From: Azolla caroliniana
Lineage: Eukaryota; Plantae; Polypodiophyta
Length of the DNA stretch: 64,000 nucleotides
Assembly: GCA_043228905.1 (NCBI GenBank)
Contig: JBHGNT010000003.1
Location: forward strand, 1,054,001-1,118,000
Direction: 5' to 3'
Within the stretch, counting starts at the first letter, position 1, and each line of letters opens with the position of its first letter. A program made the position numbers and the translations under genes. Under the pieces are notes generated by a model. The model made no database searches. It saw only the letters and a program-made list of their open reading frames with translations, and was not told where the DNA came from. Positions 13,086 through 25,608 of this stretch are shown one piece after another.

Positions 13086-13475
13086 CCCAAGACGCCACGT
13101 TAAAATGATTGTTGCTGGCAGCTGCATACTCTTTTTACTTCAGAGAGACCTACATATTTATGTATTTCTGTATACTCTGTTTTTGAAAGCCTCTTCTTCT
13201 TCTCGATCGCTTTGTCTACGCAGGATCAAGATCCGTCTGCAGATTCTTCTCTGCATGACGAGCAGAACAGACACGAAAAACCCACGCAGAAGAAGAGCAC
13301 ACGGCCTGAGGAATCGCACAGGGGAACGCTCAGAGAAGGAGGAGAAGACTCTCCCTTCTCCTCTTCTCTTGAAAGAAATCAATTTAGGGTTTCGAGTATA
13401 AGGCAATGCGCGTGGCAGGGCATTGACCTACCAGTTTGTGTCTCTTTCTCTCTCTGTTTCCCCCCCCGTCTTGCC

Positions 13476-16400
13476 ATGGATGCCACAGCTCGACCAGCTG
13501 TGGTCATCGACAATGGAACAGGGTACTCATCCGTCCCTTTTTCTTCCCCTCTGTAAAATGTGTTCTCTTCATCATTCTTCCTTTTTTCTATGCAAAAAGC
13601 ATGAAATTCACCATTATAATCGTCATCTTCTCCGTACAAACATGTGCATCAATCTTTCTGTCGTTTTTTCTTTACTCTGTGCATACACACATACTTTCTC
13701 CGCCTCTATTATATGTACAAATATGGTATTTTCTATGTTTTATCTTCTGCTTTTATTGTTCTATAATGGAAATATAAGTCTCACAAATTCTTCTTTTATT
13801 CTTCATGATGACTTGTCTCGTTCCTATTTGTTTGCCTTTTCTGCTTTTTTCTACGTTTTTCTCATGACGGAAAAAACTTCCAATTGGATTTCTCTTGCTT
13901 ATGCATTTATTGATGATGAGAAAAACCTTTCAATTTCTTCTCTTTTTTTTTCTTCTGCAATTTGTTGATGAGAAAAAATTCGGACTTGCTTTCTTATTAT
14001 TATTTTTGCTTTTTTTGTGGTTAAATGTAGGTACTCTAAGATGGGATTTGCTGGAAATGTGGAACCTTGCTTCATTGTTCCTACTGTTGTGGCTGTTAAT
14101 GAATCTTTCATAGGGCAAGGTAAGATTCAGAGCAGAGGAAACTGGACATCTCAGTATAATGCAGGTGTCATGGCTGATCTTGATTTCTTCATTGGGGAAG
14201 AAGCTACTTCACGTTCGCAATCCAGTAATGCCTACACACTCAGTAATCCAATTCGGCATGGCCAAGTAAGTCTCCAATCATCCTCTTTTTATGTTTTTTT
14301 CTACTTTGCCCTTTTGATCCATTTATGTTATTTTACGTAGCCAGTTGAGCAATCACATGTGTGTAATTCATGCCATTTGAGGCAGAACACCGTCAGCATA
14401 TGTGCAGCTCATGTTATTTTTACTTGGTCATTCGAGGCACCACACATGACATTGCTAATTTACTTGACTGTTTGAGTTATCACACATTGCATGTAAAATA
14501 ACCTAAGTATTGAATCACTGCAATGTATTGTTTATGACATTTTTACTGAGGAGCCTCACGCATGAACATATGCATCTAAAATGATTTGGCATGGAGACAT
14601 AAGTATTGAGTTGTTATTAGTGTATGCTGAGGTACCAAACATGAACACCGTCAGCATATGTGCAGCTCATGTTATTTTTACTTGGTCATCCGAGGCACCA
14701 CACATGACATGTGCATAAACTGATTTGTTTATGCTAATTTACTTGGCTGTCTGAGTTATCACACATTGCATGTAAAATAACCTAAGTATTGAATCATTGC
14801 AATGTATTGTTTATGACATTTTTACTGAGGTGCCTCACGCATGAACATATGCATGTAAAATGATTTGGCATGGAGACATAAGTATTGAGTTGTTATTAGT
14901 GTATGCGGAGGTACCAAACATGAACATATGCATAATCTATGCTATTTTACAATGGACATATGAGGCGTAAATTGCGATTTTACATGGCCATTTATTTCTG
15001 TACAACCATAAAATGTGTAGATTTTCAATCCTTGGCAATATCTATACTGAAACAAATCATGTTAATATGCTGGCAGGTGGAAAATTGGGACACTATGGAG
15101 AGATTCTGGCAGCAATGCATTTTCAACTATCTAAGATGTGATCCAGAGGATCATTATTTTCTGCTCACTGAAAGCCCGCTGACTGCACCAGAGAACCGGG
15201 AATATACAGGCGAAATTATGTTTGAAACATTCAATGTACCAGGACTTTATATAGCTGTGCAGGCAGTGTTAGCCTTGGCAGCAGGCTACACTGCTTCCCA
15301 GGTGTGTGTATATGAGAAATCATTCATATTTTATATTTTCATGGCATCATGACATATTTAGAGCAGCTGTATATCTGCTGTTAATCACAAAAAAAGGATG
15401 GTACTATATTGATAATGGCTTGGCGACATTCTGTTTTCAAGAAATAAGAGAGGAATGGTTGAGTTCTTAGGGAATGAAATAAATAATGGAAACTACCTGT
15501 TAATTTGGTCAGTTTGACCTTTCAGAGCGTCTGCATCTTCTTATGATCCACACAAAGACACTTTTACAGGTTTACAATGTGGGTGTCTTCTAGAAAAGAA
15601 AGAGAAAACAGATGAGAAGATTGAGAGAGAAGCTAGAACCAATAACAAAGCAAAGAAGATTAACAAGACATATGGCCTGGGGTATGCTCCTAAATGGAAT
15701 AATGATTGATTGTCTGAGCTTAGATTTTTTCATAGCAGCACAATGAAGCTATGGTAAAATCACCTTCTCATAGTCAGGGCTCTTGTATACCCTCTTTACT
15801 CCACCTATCTATGGAGTTTGGACAACTCTTTTGGAAGGCCTGATATTACACCAATGATATTCTCTGCAAGCATGTCATCAGCTGTTCAGGAGTTAATCCT
15901 CATTTAATGGCATATGACATTTGGTGAATCGTTTTCGCACATCAACGTTCAAATTCACCATCAAAGGATGGGGATACAATTATAAGAAAGCCATTGAAGT
16001 TCCATAAACGTGAAGTTCCATAACGCAATGCAATTAATAAAAATGTTTTTCTTGTGGAAGCACAATGCATAGGATTGAATGTCTGGGAATTATGGAAATC
16101 AGCAATCGAAAAGAGAGTCCACTTGTTATTGCTCTAGAATCATGTGATACACATGGATCCTGGGCTAGCATTCATGGAACATTCGAAACTATATCTATAT
16201 GTAATGAGGCATTGGCCTCCATAGAGCAGGTTACCTTTGAGAGTAGTCTAGGTAAGGTTGTTTGCATGTGCTGTCTGAGATGTTCATAATCATTAGGATA
16301 TGTTCATGGGCTCCGATTACCCATATGATACTATATCCTGTTGTTCTTACTGCACCGCATGAATGACTTATGTGGAGGATTACAACAGTCAACTTGATAA

Positions 16401-19400
16401 TAGTATGGAATAATGGGCGCTAATTCAACTATTTTTCATTCACCCATTCAGCTATTTTTTGTGTCCGTTTATATGTAACCAAACGTACCAATATCAATCC
16501 ACAGTTGATAACCGAATATTAGAGTCAGTAGTTTAAAATCTTCTTCAATGCTTCAGGCCAATTACTAAAATCCTTGCAAGTAAAACACCATTTAACCTAG
16601 CTCATTCACCTGAATTGTCCTATATACTCTTTTTTTCTATAAGAGTACCCAAGTTACAAGGGAGGTTAAACATTTAATCTCTAGAATTATATGCTCATAT
16701 CTCACAAACATTGTTAATAATTCTGGTATACCTTTAAAAAGATATTATGAATATAATATTTTGAGTCTTGTTTGACAATTGTTCGCATTTATTGCTCGTA
16801 CATACTCTAATTTCCTCTATTTCTTTTTCCTCTAAACTTGATTCATCCTTCTTGCAGTGTGAAATGACTGGAGTTGTTTTGGACTCTGGAGATGGTACAA
16901 CACATGTTGTGCCTGTGGTTGAAGGTTATGTTATAGGGAGCTCCATAAAAACTATTCCTATTGCTGGCCGTGATCTTACATTATTTATTCAACAGTTAAT
17001 GAAAGTAAGCATCCCATCTACCTAACGTCTTTGTGTTCTCATGCTTTTTGTGCATTCTTTTCATGTTTTCTTGTTTCATAAGCCTAGTGAGTTTGAAAGG
17101 AGCTAATAGTTTTATATAATTTATTTTTAAAGTGAAAGAAAAGTGTGTAAGATTTGCCATTTCAGGAACAAATCTATTGTGTTTTATTCCTATATGAAAA
17201 AATTGAAGATGTGTATGTTGAATTCCAACGCAGGCATTGCCAATGCCATACTTCTGTTTTCAGCTAACAGCCCAATTGCACAGGTTTTGTATGCAGCTGA
17301 TTAGGTAGGATATCTTTTGTACACATATGTACTTGATTCGGATACCTTCTGTGCACAGATTATATGCCATTGGCTTGGTAGAGGTGTCTAGAACTCTCTA
17401 AATAGCAGCATGAACTGTGCTGTGCTTGAATTTGATTGGAAAATCAATAAAGATGAGTACATTATGGAAATGAATGGGTTTTCTGATATTGCATTTGCTT
17501 TTCTGGAATCAAAATTAAAATTCAGAAACCAAAGTATTTTTTCCCTTCCGTAAATTGAAGTTGCTTAACTCATATTCTTTCAGCTTCATGAGTGGGTATT
17601 TGGTCTTTAAATAGGGCATTGGCTATCCTTCTAAGACTGCTCATATTCTTTCAGCTTCATGAGTGGGTATTTGTTCACCCATACGTTATCACATCTTCTT
17701 TCCTCCATGGTGTATCCAAAGTGCTCTTTTGCATATCTTAGATTTCCGTCTCATAGGCTACGCCTTTGAATTCTGTGGGCTCGTATAGCTGGAGTGATTG
17801 GAGTTTGACTCTTAGTGACTCTGATATTTGATGTCCTCTATAATTTGTTTCATTGTTTGGATATGATTAGGACTTGTTTGGCCACATCTCTGTTGGGTCT
17901 GAAGAATCTTCATATGTATACTTGTGGCATTTTCCTTTTTGTCAGTAAATAGACTGTACATGGTGATTGATCTTCGTGAGAGTCTCTGATATGCCTACAA
18001 TCCAGATCATTTTTTGTTTTGTTTTTAGAGTAGGGGTTAGGAGACACCTTTCTGTATAGGAAGTTTAATTTTGACTTCTAGCTTTTGAATGTTAATGGCC
18101 ATGGTTTGATCTGTGACCACATTGAAAGGCGTCGATTTTAGTCATTAAGCATATGAGTTTGACTACTTCATTAGAGAGCGGTCTCTCTGTTCTGTTCTCT
18201 AATTCGGAACAATGACATATGTAGTGTTCTGTTTCAACCATCTTGCATCCTACTGGAGATATCTGGGGTTAGTTCTCTGTTCTCCTATTCGGAACAATGA
18301 CATATGTAGTGCTCTTTTTCAACCATCTTGCAGCATGCTGAAGATATCTGGGGTTTTCTAAAATCAAAATAATGCAAATAAACATGATCCTTGAAGGACT
18401 CTAGAAAGAAAGAAAGATATATTAACGTCTTCTAAGACCAAAATATGGCCCATGAGACAATTGGTTTACAACAAAAATGGGGTATTTACCCATTCATCGA
18501 AAGTAAAAGGTGAGCTCACATTGGCACATCTGAGAATAGGTAACAAGTATTAGTGAAGGTATATGATGCCAGAAAATAAGGTGAATGGGCCATGTATCAT
18601 TGTAGCATGGCTGTTGCCCAATACTTTTGAAGATCTCAAAGTAATAAAGGTTGATAGATGATGTTGCAGATCCTGATTATTGTAGTTTCCGTTTTTCTTT
18701 TAATTTTATTCTTGTGTCCCAATGCAGCCCAAAGTGAAATGTATGATAACATGTTACGCGAGTAGCTGTAAAGAAGTAGAAGATAGAATGCCAGTTTTCT
18801 GAAATATCTAAAGGCAGAGATATAGAAACTAGAAACAATTATGGGGTTTAACATATAGGAGAGATTAAAGAAAGCAGAAGCTGTTCTGCAAAACAAAAGC
18901 CCACAAGATAGGAATGTACACTCATATATCTGCTATTCAAGATGCATAGAATATGCTCTTAGAAGAAGAGCCTTAAATGCTGATAGGACAGCTAAGTCAT
19001 GGCCTCATAAGTACCTATTTAATACTCATTGGGAATCTTGTCCAAGGATTCCATTCAGTGTACAAAATATTTTATTAGGAGTTCTAGTATAGTTCTGAGA
19101 ACGATACTGTACTGCAGTAACAAAAATCAGAACATGTTCAAATATATAAGAATTTTTATGTAGTTTAATAGCAGCAGTGTATGGGCCTTTAATCCCAAGA
19201 GTGGTCTCATAGGGGTCTCATAGGGGTCTCATGGATGCCATTGGAACTTTATTTTTCCTTTCCAGCAACTCATTCTGCCTATCAGAACTAATATCTAGGT
19301 CATGGGGGATAGAGTGATCTGGCTAATGGTGTGTAGTCTCATGTCAGGCATGTATATGTGCATGTATTTATGATAGTGCGTTTGTTTTTGCTATTAAAAT

Positions 19401-21566
19401 GTTTTTCGGTGCCATCTCTCTTAGATGGATGCATGCCAACATCAGTTATTTCAGCATGGCTCATTATTCATGCAGTCTCATTCTGCCTGACACCATTTGT
19501 CTTAATCTGTCATTTATATATTTTTAATCCTTGTAATGTGCCATATCCTTTCTAAAGCTGACTAGTTTCTGTGATATATAACAGGTCTTAAATTTTTTTG
19601 TTGTAGTGTGACAACTCTTCCTTTATTATTTATTCACATGCCCCCTAAAAACTAAACTTTTAGCACTTGATTTATAGGAACGTGGAGAGCCTGTACCAGC
19701 GGAAGATTCTTTTGATATTGCTAGGAGAATTAAGGAAGCTTATTGTTATACTTGTGCTGACATTGTTAAGGTAGCATTTCAGTCCTTCCACATGTAGTGA
19801 CTTTATTGCTGTTAATAAACATAAGAGCATATTTTGGCATGTGTAAATTATGTATGATATCTATTATTTTTAGGAATTCGGCAAGCATGATAGAGAGCCA
19901 GCTAAATATATTAAGCAGTGGTCAGGTTTTGGCCCCAAAACAGGTTCTTCATTTGCATGTGAAGTTGGATACGAACGGTTTTTAGCTCCTGAGGTATGGA
20001 AAGTTAACGTATATGTATGTTATTTCAATTGTGGCTGTTTACTTCATATAGGCATGTGCCAAAGATTTGCATGCAATGAAATTCCAGTTGTTCATTTTGA
20101 TGCAATTTGCTGATTAACTACTGTTATACATGTAAGTGACAATCTGCAAAGTTCCATTTTGCCATATTATAATATCATAGGGTGGGCTATTAGAACTTGA
20201 AGAGAGGTGGGCGTAGAACCATAAATGCAAGAGTAAACTGAGATCTGAAATTGAAAAGTTTGTCTTCTTAATTCAATATTTTAGCCAAGTTCTGCATGCT
20301 TTATCAGTGTCATACGCTAATGATGAGCACAAAGATGTGCTGATGTAAATGGTGTTACAGTTGTCATCAAGAGGGTTTCCTCAAATGCTATTAGTGTTTA
20401 AAACCATGTGAAAGCTTCTTAAATGGAAATGGTGTTGCAATTATCATTATAAAGGATTCTTAAATGCTCCGAATAATTAATCCCAAGCAAAGAGACTATA
20501 CAAGAGTTTTAACTGTTCCAGAGATATTTTTCTAGGAAAAACCATAATTTCTGCCACATTTTCCAAATTTTATCAATTTATATTTCCCGAAGTGATGGTG
20601 AGAAATTGTATTTATCCTGATAGATGTCAGAGATTCTTATGTAGTGTATCTCTGTTTGTAGAATTACTACCCATCCTTACAACTGCTGAAAATTTTCTAG
20701 TTTCTTTGTTCTTATTTCTTTCTTTTTCTTCCTTTAGTTTTTACTGATTCATGTATCATGTATCAGATGATGATTGTAACTTTTGACCTCGTCGGTTAGT
20801 TTAGCCTTCTGTAGATCTTGTTGATTATGACTATATTTTATCATGTGGGCAGGTTTTTTTTTCGCCTGAGATTTACACTAGTGATTTTAGCACATCTTTG
20901 CCTGAGGTTGTGGATCAATGTATTCAGTCAACTCCAATCGATACAAGGCGAGCTTTGTACAAGGTCTTAAATCTCACTTGATATTCACCTTGCAACTAGA
21001 TTAAACTGGTTTGTAGATGTAGTAAACATTATTCTCTGCAGAATATTGTCCTCTCTGGAGGCTCGACAATGTTCAAAGATTTTCAGCGGAGATTGCAACG
21101 AGATTTGAAGAGAATAGTGGATGTCCGTGTGCAAGCTTCCTGGGCGAAGCATGATCTTGAAACTCAAGTATAAACAAAAGTTCGATCTATGGTGCTGGGT
21201 ATATATTGACATGTATATATGATGACAAATTGTGTTAAATTCTGCTTATTTTCCAGATACAGGGAGTTGATGTGAATGTTGTTAGTCACCCTATCCAGAG
21301 ATTTGCTGTTTGGTTTGGAGGTTCTGTCCTTGCATCTACGCCAGAATTCTACACTGTGAGTATTTTCTTCTTGAATCGAATAATGAGCATTCCTGCTGGA
21401 ATGTCAGTTTTGGATATATGGAAGTAATCTTCTAAGCCGTTATTTAGTATAAACTTTTGATCCATGATTTGTCAAACTTTTATAGGCTTGCCATACAAAA
21501 GCAGAGTATGATGAATATGGCCCTAGTATTTGCCGAACAAATACTATCCTCAAGGGAAACTATTGA
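13476..21566 (+). CDS. ARP3: Actin-related protein 3 (Arp2/3 complex), 10 exons, 427 aa
   Basis: Exons 13476-13522, 14031-14265, 15077-15301, 16858-17004, 19678-19770, 19874-19993, 20853-20963, 21042-21167, 21257-21355, 21486-21566 (1284 nt, all GT-AG). Motifs [77 protein letters not shown]. Confidence 0.96.
14385..14926. repeat. ~260-bp tandem duplication in ARP3 intron 2
   Basis: GAACACCGTCAGCATATGTGCAGCTC... at 14385 and 14643; the second copy has a ~20-bp insertion. Confidence 0.9.
18183..18355. repeat. ~85-bp tandem duplication in ARP3 intron 4
   Basis: ATTCGGAACAATGACATATGTAGTG...AACCATCTTGCA...GATATCTGGGG occurs twice. Confidence 0.8.
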
Positions 21567-24500
21567 AATGCTATACATGATTCGGTGTAAGAGCTCATGA
21601 CATTCATGCTGCATTTCAATGTCTCACACTTGTGGTATATGATGCTAATTTTGCTTCATTATGCTACAGTCACAATTTTTGTACCATGTATGTTGTATAT
21701 CAATTTGAATTTGGTATCATTATTCTTCCCATTGTTCTCTTGGATGAGGTGGATTAGTTATAAAAAAAATAAGAAATCCCTTTGATCTTTCCATATTTTC
21801 CAAATTCTCAGTACCTTTTGTTACGAGTGCATCAGTATACATGAATGGAAATATGTGAAATTGGCATGTTCTTTACTGTGTGCTCCACGGTTTGTCCACA
21901 CAATCCCTACGTGGAAAAGTAAAGACATTGTAATTTGTGCACTATCCCTGACAGAACTTGCGGTAGAGTAAGCGTATGTGATATTGATGATACAAATATG
22001 AGCGCTAATGAAGATGTAAATTTGACGATAGCCTGAAATTGGTAATGCTTGTGGGAATTGCTTATAAGTAAATCCTGCACTCTTTTGCCGACAAGTTTTA
22101 TAAGAGCCTGAGGCAATGCGAACAAAGATTCAAGTTGTTTCAACAAGTTCCTTACCTCCTTGCATCCTGCAAGTGCAAGAACCCCTCCCTATTTCGAGCA
22201 ATAATATCTTAATATTATGGTATTGCCTTTTATTCCTCATCATTGGTTTTCTCCTTCATTGGTCAGTGTGATCCTACCTAGCAATTTGGATCCAATCAAC
22301 TGTTTGCCAGCTATGAGCATTCAAATAGAGGGAAGAATGGTATGAACACGATTTTTTATGTAGTACCAATGACAAAATGGGAACCTAAAGTGATATTAAA
22401 ATAAGCATTGTGCAATACACATATATAATGGGATTCAGGAGGGAAATTAAGACCAGTATTGTACAACAAAACTATTGTATTTTCCTTGTGGTAGTCCCAA
22501 ATTTATCCTCCACTATACTTTACATGCTTCTTAGTGCTAGTTCATATTTGATGTGAATAGCTTATGTGAATGCATTGTTGATGGTCAAGGATATAAGAAA
22601 AAAATGATTCAGACATTGATATGCTTTTACCATCATAAATGTACTTTTGCCTTTAATATTTGGGATTTTTATGCTTTTATGGACCAAGTGCCCATGCTTA
22701 GGTGTTATTAATTTGACAACTCATTCACAAAGAATAAGATCTTACTAAATGTCACGAAGTGGTTTGATAATCATATTTAATTGTGAGAAAGTGACACTTG
22801 AGATAAGATCATGGGTTGAATAAGCTTTCTCCATCATAAATATTGCTACTACTCGATTAGAAAATATATAATGGGTGTCGGTCATTAATAAGATACGATC
22901 AATGAGAGATTACGTGCATAGCACAATGTAAATCCATTGATATGTAGAAATATTGAACAAGTATGGGCATATTTCTTTCTTTATAAGCAAACATTATAAA
23001 AAGCGTCCACATATTTTTAATAGTGAAACTCGAATATGCTTGCTAAAAATGCCATGTTTTGTTTTAAATATAAACACGACAATTACACATAAAATACAAT
23101 ATGGTGCGTTGTCCCTATTATATTATGACGAATAATCCTTTAGAAACTAATAAAAAAAGTAAAAATGGAACTAGTTAGTAATTAGGAATAGGCATTGACA
23201 AGAAATATAAACATAAAATTCAATAAAATAGAAGATTAATATTGATTAAAATATGAGTTTATTGGAACTAGACCTTCAAAAGCAATATATTACCTCTTAG
23301 AATGGCAATAGTGTATTAACAAACACAAGTCTTTTATCATTCAAAAATATGTTATGCTTTTCAAACTTTAATGTGATACATTACCTTGAAACTTGTGATG
23401 ACTTAACCTTTATAAACTCGATCAAGGATTAAAAATGTACTCTACACATGTGGCCAACGCCAAGAAATATCATGTTATTTTCATAAATTAAGACAATTGC
23501 AACTACTTCACCGTTAAGTGTAGAGACTAGAGTGTAGACATTGGAGTTCAATAAGATTGGTATTTCATGTCAAAGTATGTATGGTTGACTAGTACATCAA
23601 ATGACCAAATACATTAGTAGAGAAGAAAAGTGATAGTTATTAAGATATAAATGTGCGATATGGGTTCTATACAATAGCAATAATAACTCTTCATGCCTAA
23701 AGGGAGTAACTTAGAACTAGTATGGTTGTGTACCATGTAAATTTTGTATTGTGTAAATGTGTAAATGTGAGGTTAAACTATGTCCATTATGAAATTTGGG
23801 TGGCTCCTTTGCCTTCAAAGTAGAAATCCTATGCTATGAAAAAAAGTAGAATCTAAAAACACATTATCATGACGCCTTGTTGGAATTTCTTATTAGGAGG
23901 CCAAAGCAATCTCCTAGTAACAAGGTGTAGATTCAATTTCATGTTCTTTTCTTTGATTCAATTTATGTTATGTAAAATTTTCTGTTGTAGGTGATCATTA
24001 TTTAGATAGTCTTGTGCTTCTCAATTACAAATAATTAATGAGCACCCCATAACTTCCATAATTTCCTACAAGTAATTTTCTTTTAAGAGAGTCCCAAAGA
24101 GCCCCAATGGACTAAAGCATACCCCCAACCACAAAATTTCCAAGGGTAGTAGTAATATGTTTTGGTGTTCAAATATGCCTAGAAGCTCAATGGGAAAACC
24201 AAAAGTTTGTCAAACATTTAATGTGAGGGTTGACTTTATATTTCTTAGTTGATGCACTTGACATATTCTTTGGCATCCTTGGGGAAGCTTGTCATCAACC
24301 AAACTGAAATGTATGACAAGGCATACAGATTCAAAAAGTTATTATACTCACATATGTAACAAGAATTACAATTGAAGAAAGATTATTGGAATGGAAAGGT
24401 AACCTAGAGCGTGGATATTTTGCATTTCAAATCAATGAGCATATATAGGGATGTGCAATCAAATGCGCATATTCAACTTATGTTATTTGGTCTTCAAATA

Positions 24501-25608
24501 TGTTGATATATCTTTCTTTCTTTCTTCATAAAATGGGTACTAAGATATCAAAACCTAGTCCCACCCAAGAAATCACTAACAAAAGTGTCAATTCTTCAAT
24601 TTTCCTTTTCAACATGCCTTTATAGAAAGTTGTTATGACGTGGAAACCTAGTCAATCTAATAAATCATCAGTGGCATTCTTCAATCTTCCTTCAAATGTG
24701 GAGCACGGGGCATCTTTTAAGGATAAGACACAAACATTCTTCATCCACAATTCCTAGGATTTAGCAACCCTCATCTTCAACCCATGTATGGATTCAATCC
24801 TCTCATGATGGTAAACTTGCTTGATTTGATTAAATCACATATTGAGTACATATTTAGGATATTAACACAATACAAACTATAACAAGATGTGTGACCTTAT
24901 ACTATGTTACATGTATGACTGTCCATTGCCAAGGTTTATAGGATGAATTTATCGTGTACAAATCATATTTCAAACTAATAAAGAAAAAAGACAACCCATT
25001 TTCGTCTCCCTTCGACATATGTGGAGACTTGATCATATTTGAGAGTAGGGGTGATCTCGAAAAGTTGGTTGAGAACCTAAGCCTTAAGAAGTAATCCAAG
25101 TTGTAAGGTATTTAATGTATGTAATGTCAATATTTTACATTAGGGGAGATTTTCGTTATTTGATTTCGACCCATTTTAAGCATTAGGCTGATCAACCCTT
25201 TCTACAACAAGATGTGTGATTTAAAAAAAAAACCAAGCGCAATAATCCTCGCATCCCATACCAAGGATAACCATGAGCAAACTATGTACAAGTATCCTGT
25301 GTCAAGCTTCACAAACTGATATCGTATGTTAAAAAGCCGCAATTATTAGAAAGAATAAATGAATTGGGAGGGAACATTGTTCCTCGGTGCACCTTTACTA
25401 TTTGCAGAACAGGAATGTATGTGTATTCCGAGTATCCTGCAAAAAGGCTAACAAAACAAGAAAAAATCAATACACAAATATGGAAACATAGAAAGACAAG
25501 CTTACAAACTCAAAGTTGAGAATTGAAAGTGAGGGAAAGAGAGGACTAACCAGCACCCTTGTCAAATTTGCTGAAGGCTCCACAGAGATTGTTAAACCAG
25601 ATTTAACT

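Noticed and set aside
13519-14036. GGTACTC at both ends of ARP3 intron 1 (TSD-like)
   Set aside because: Short match largely explained by the splice consensus, and no TE features in the intron.
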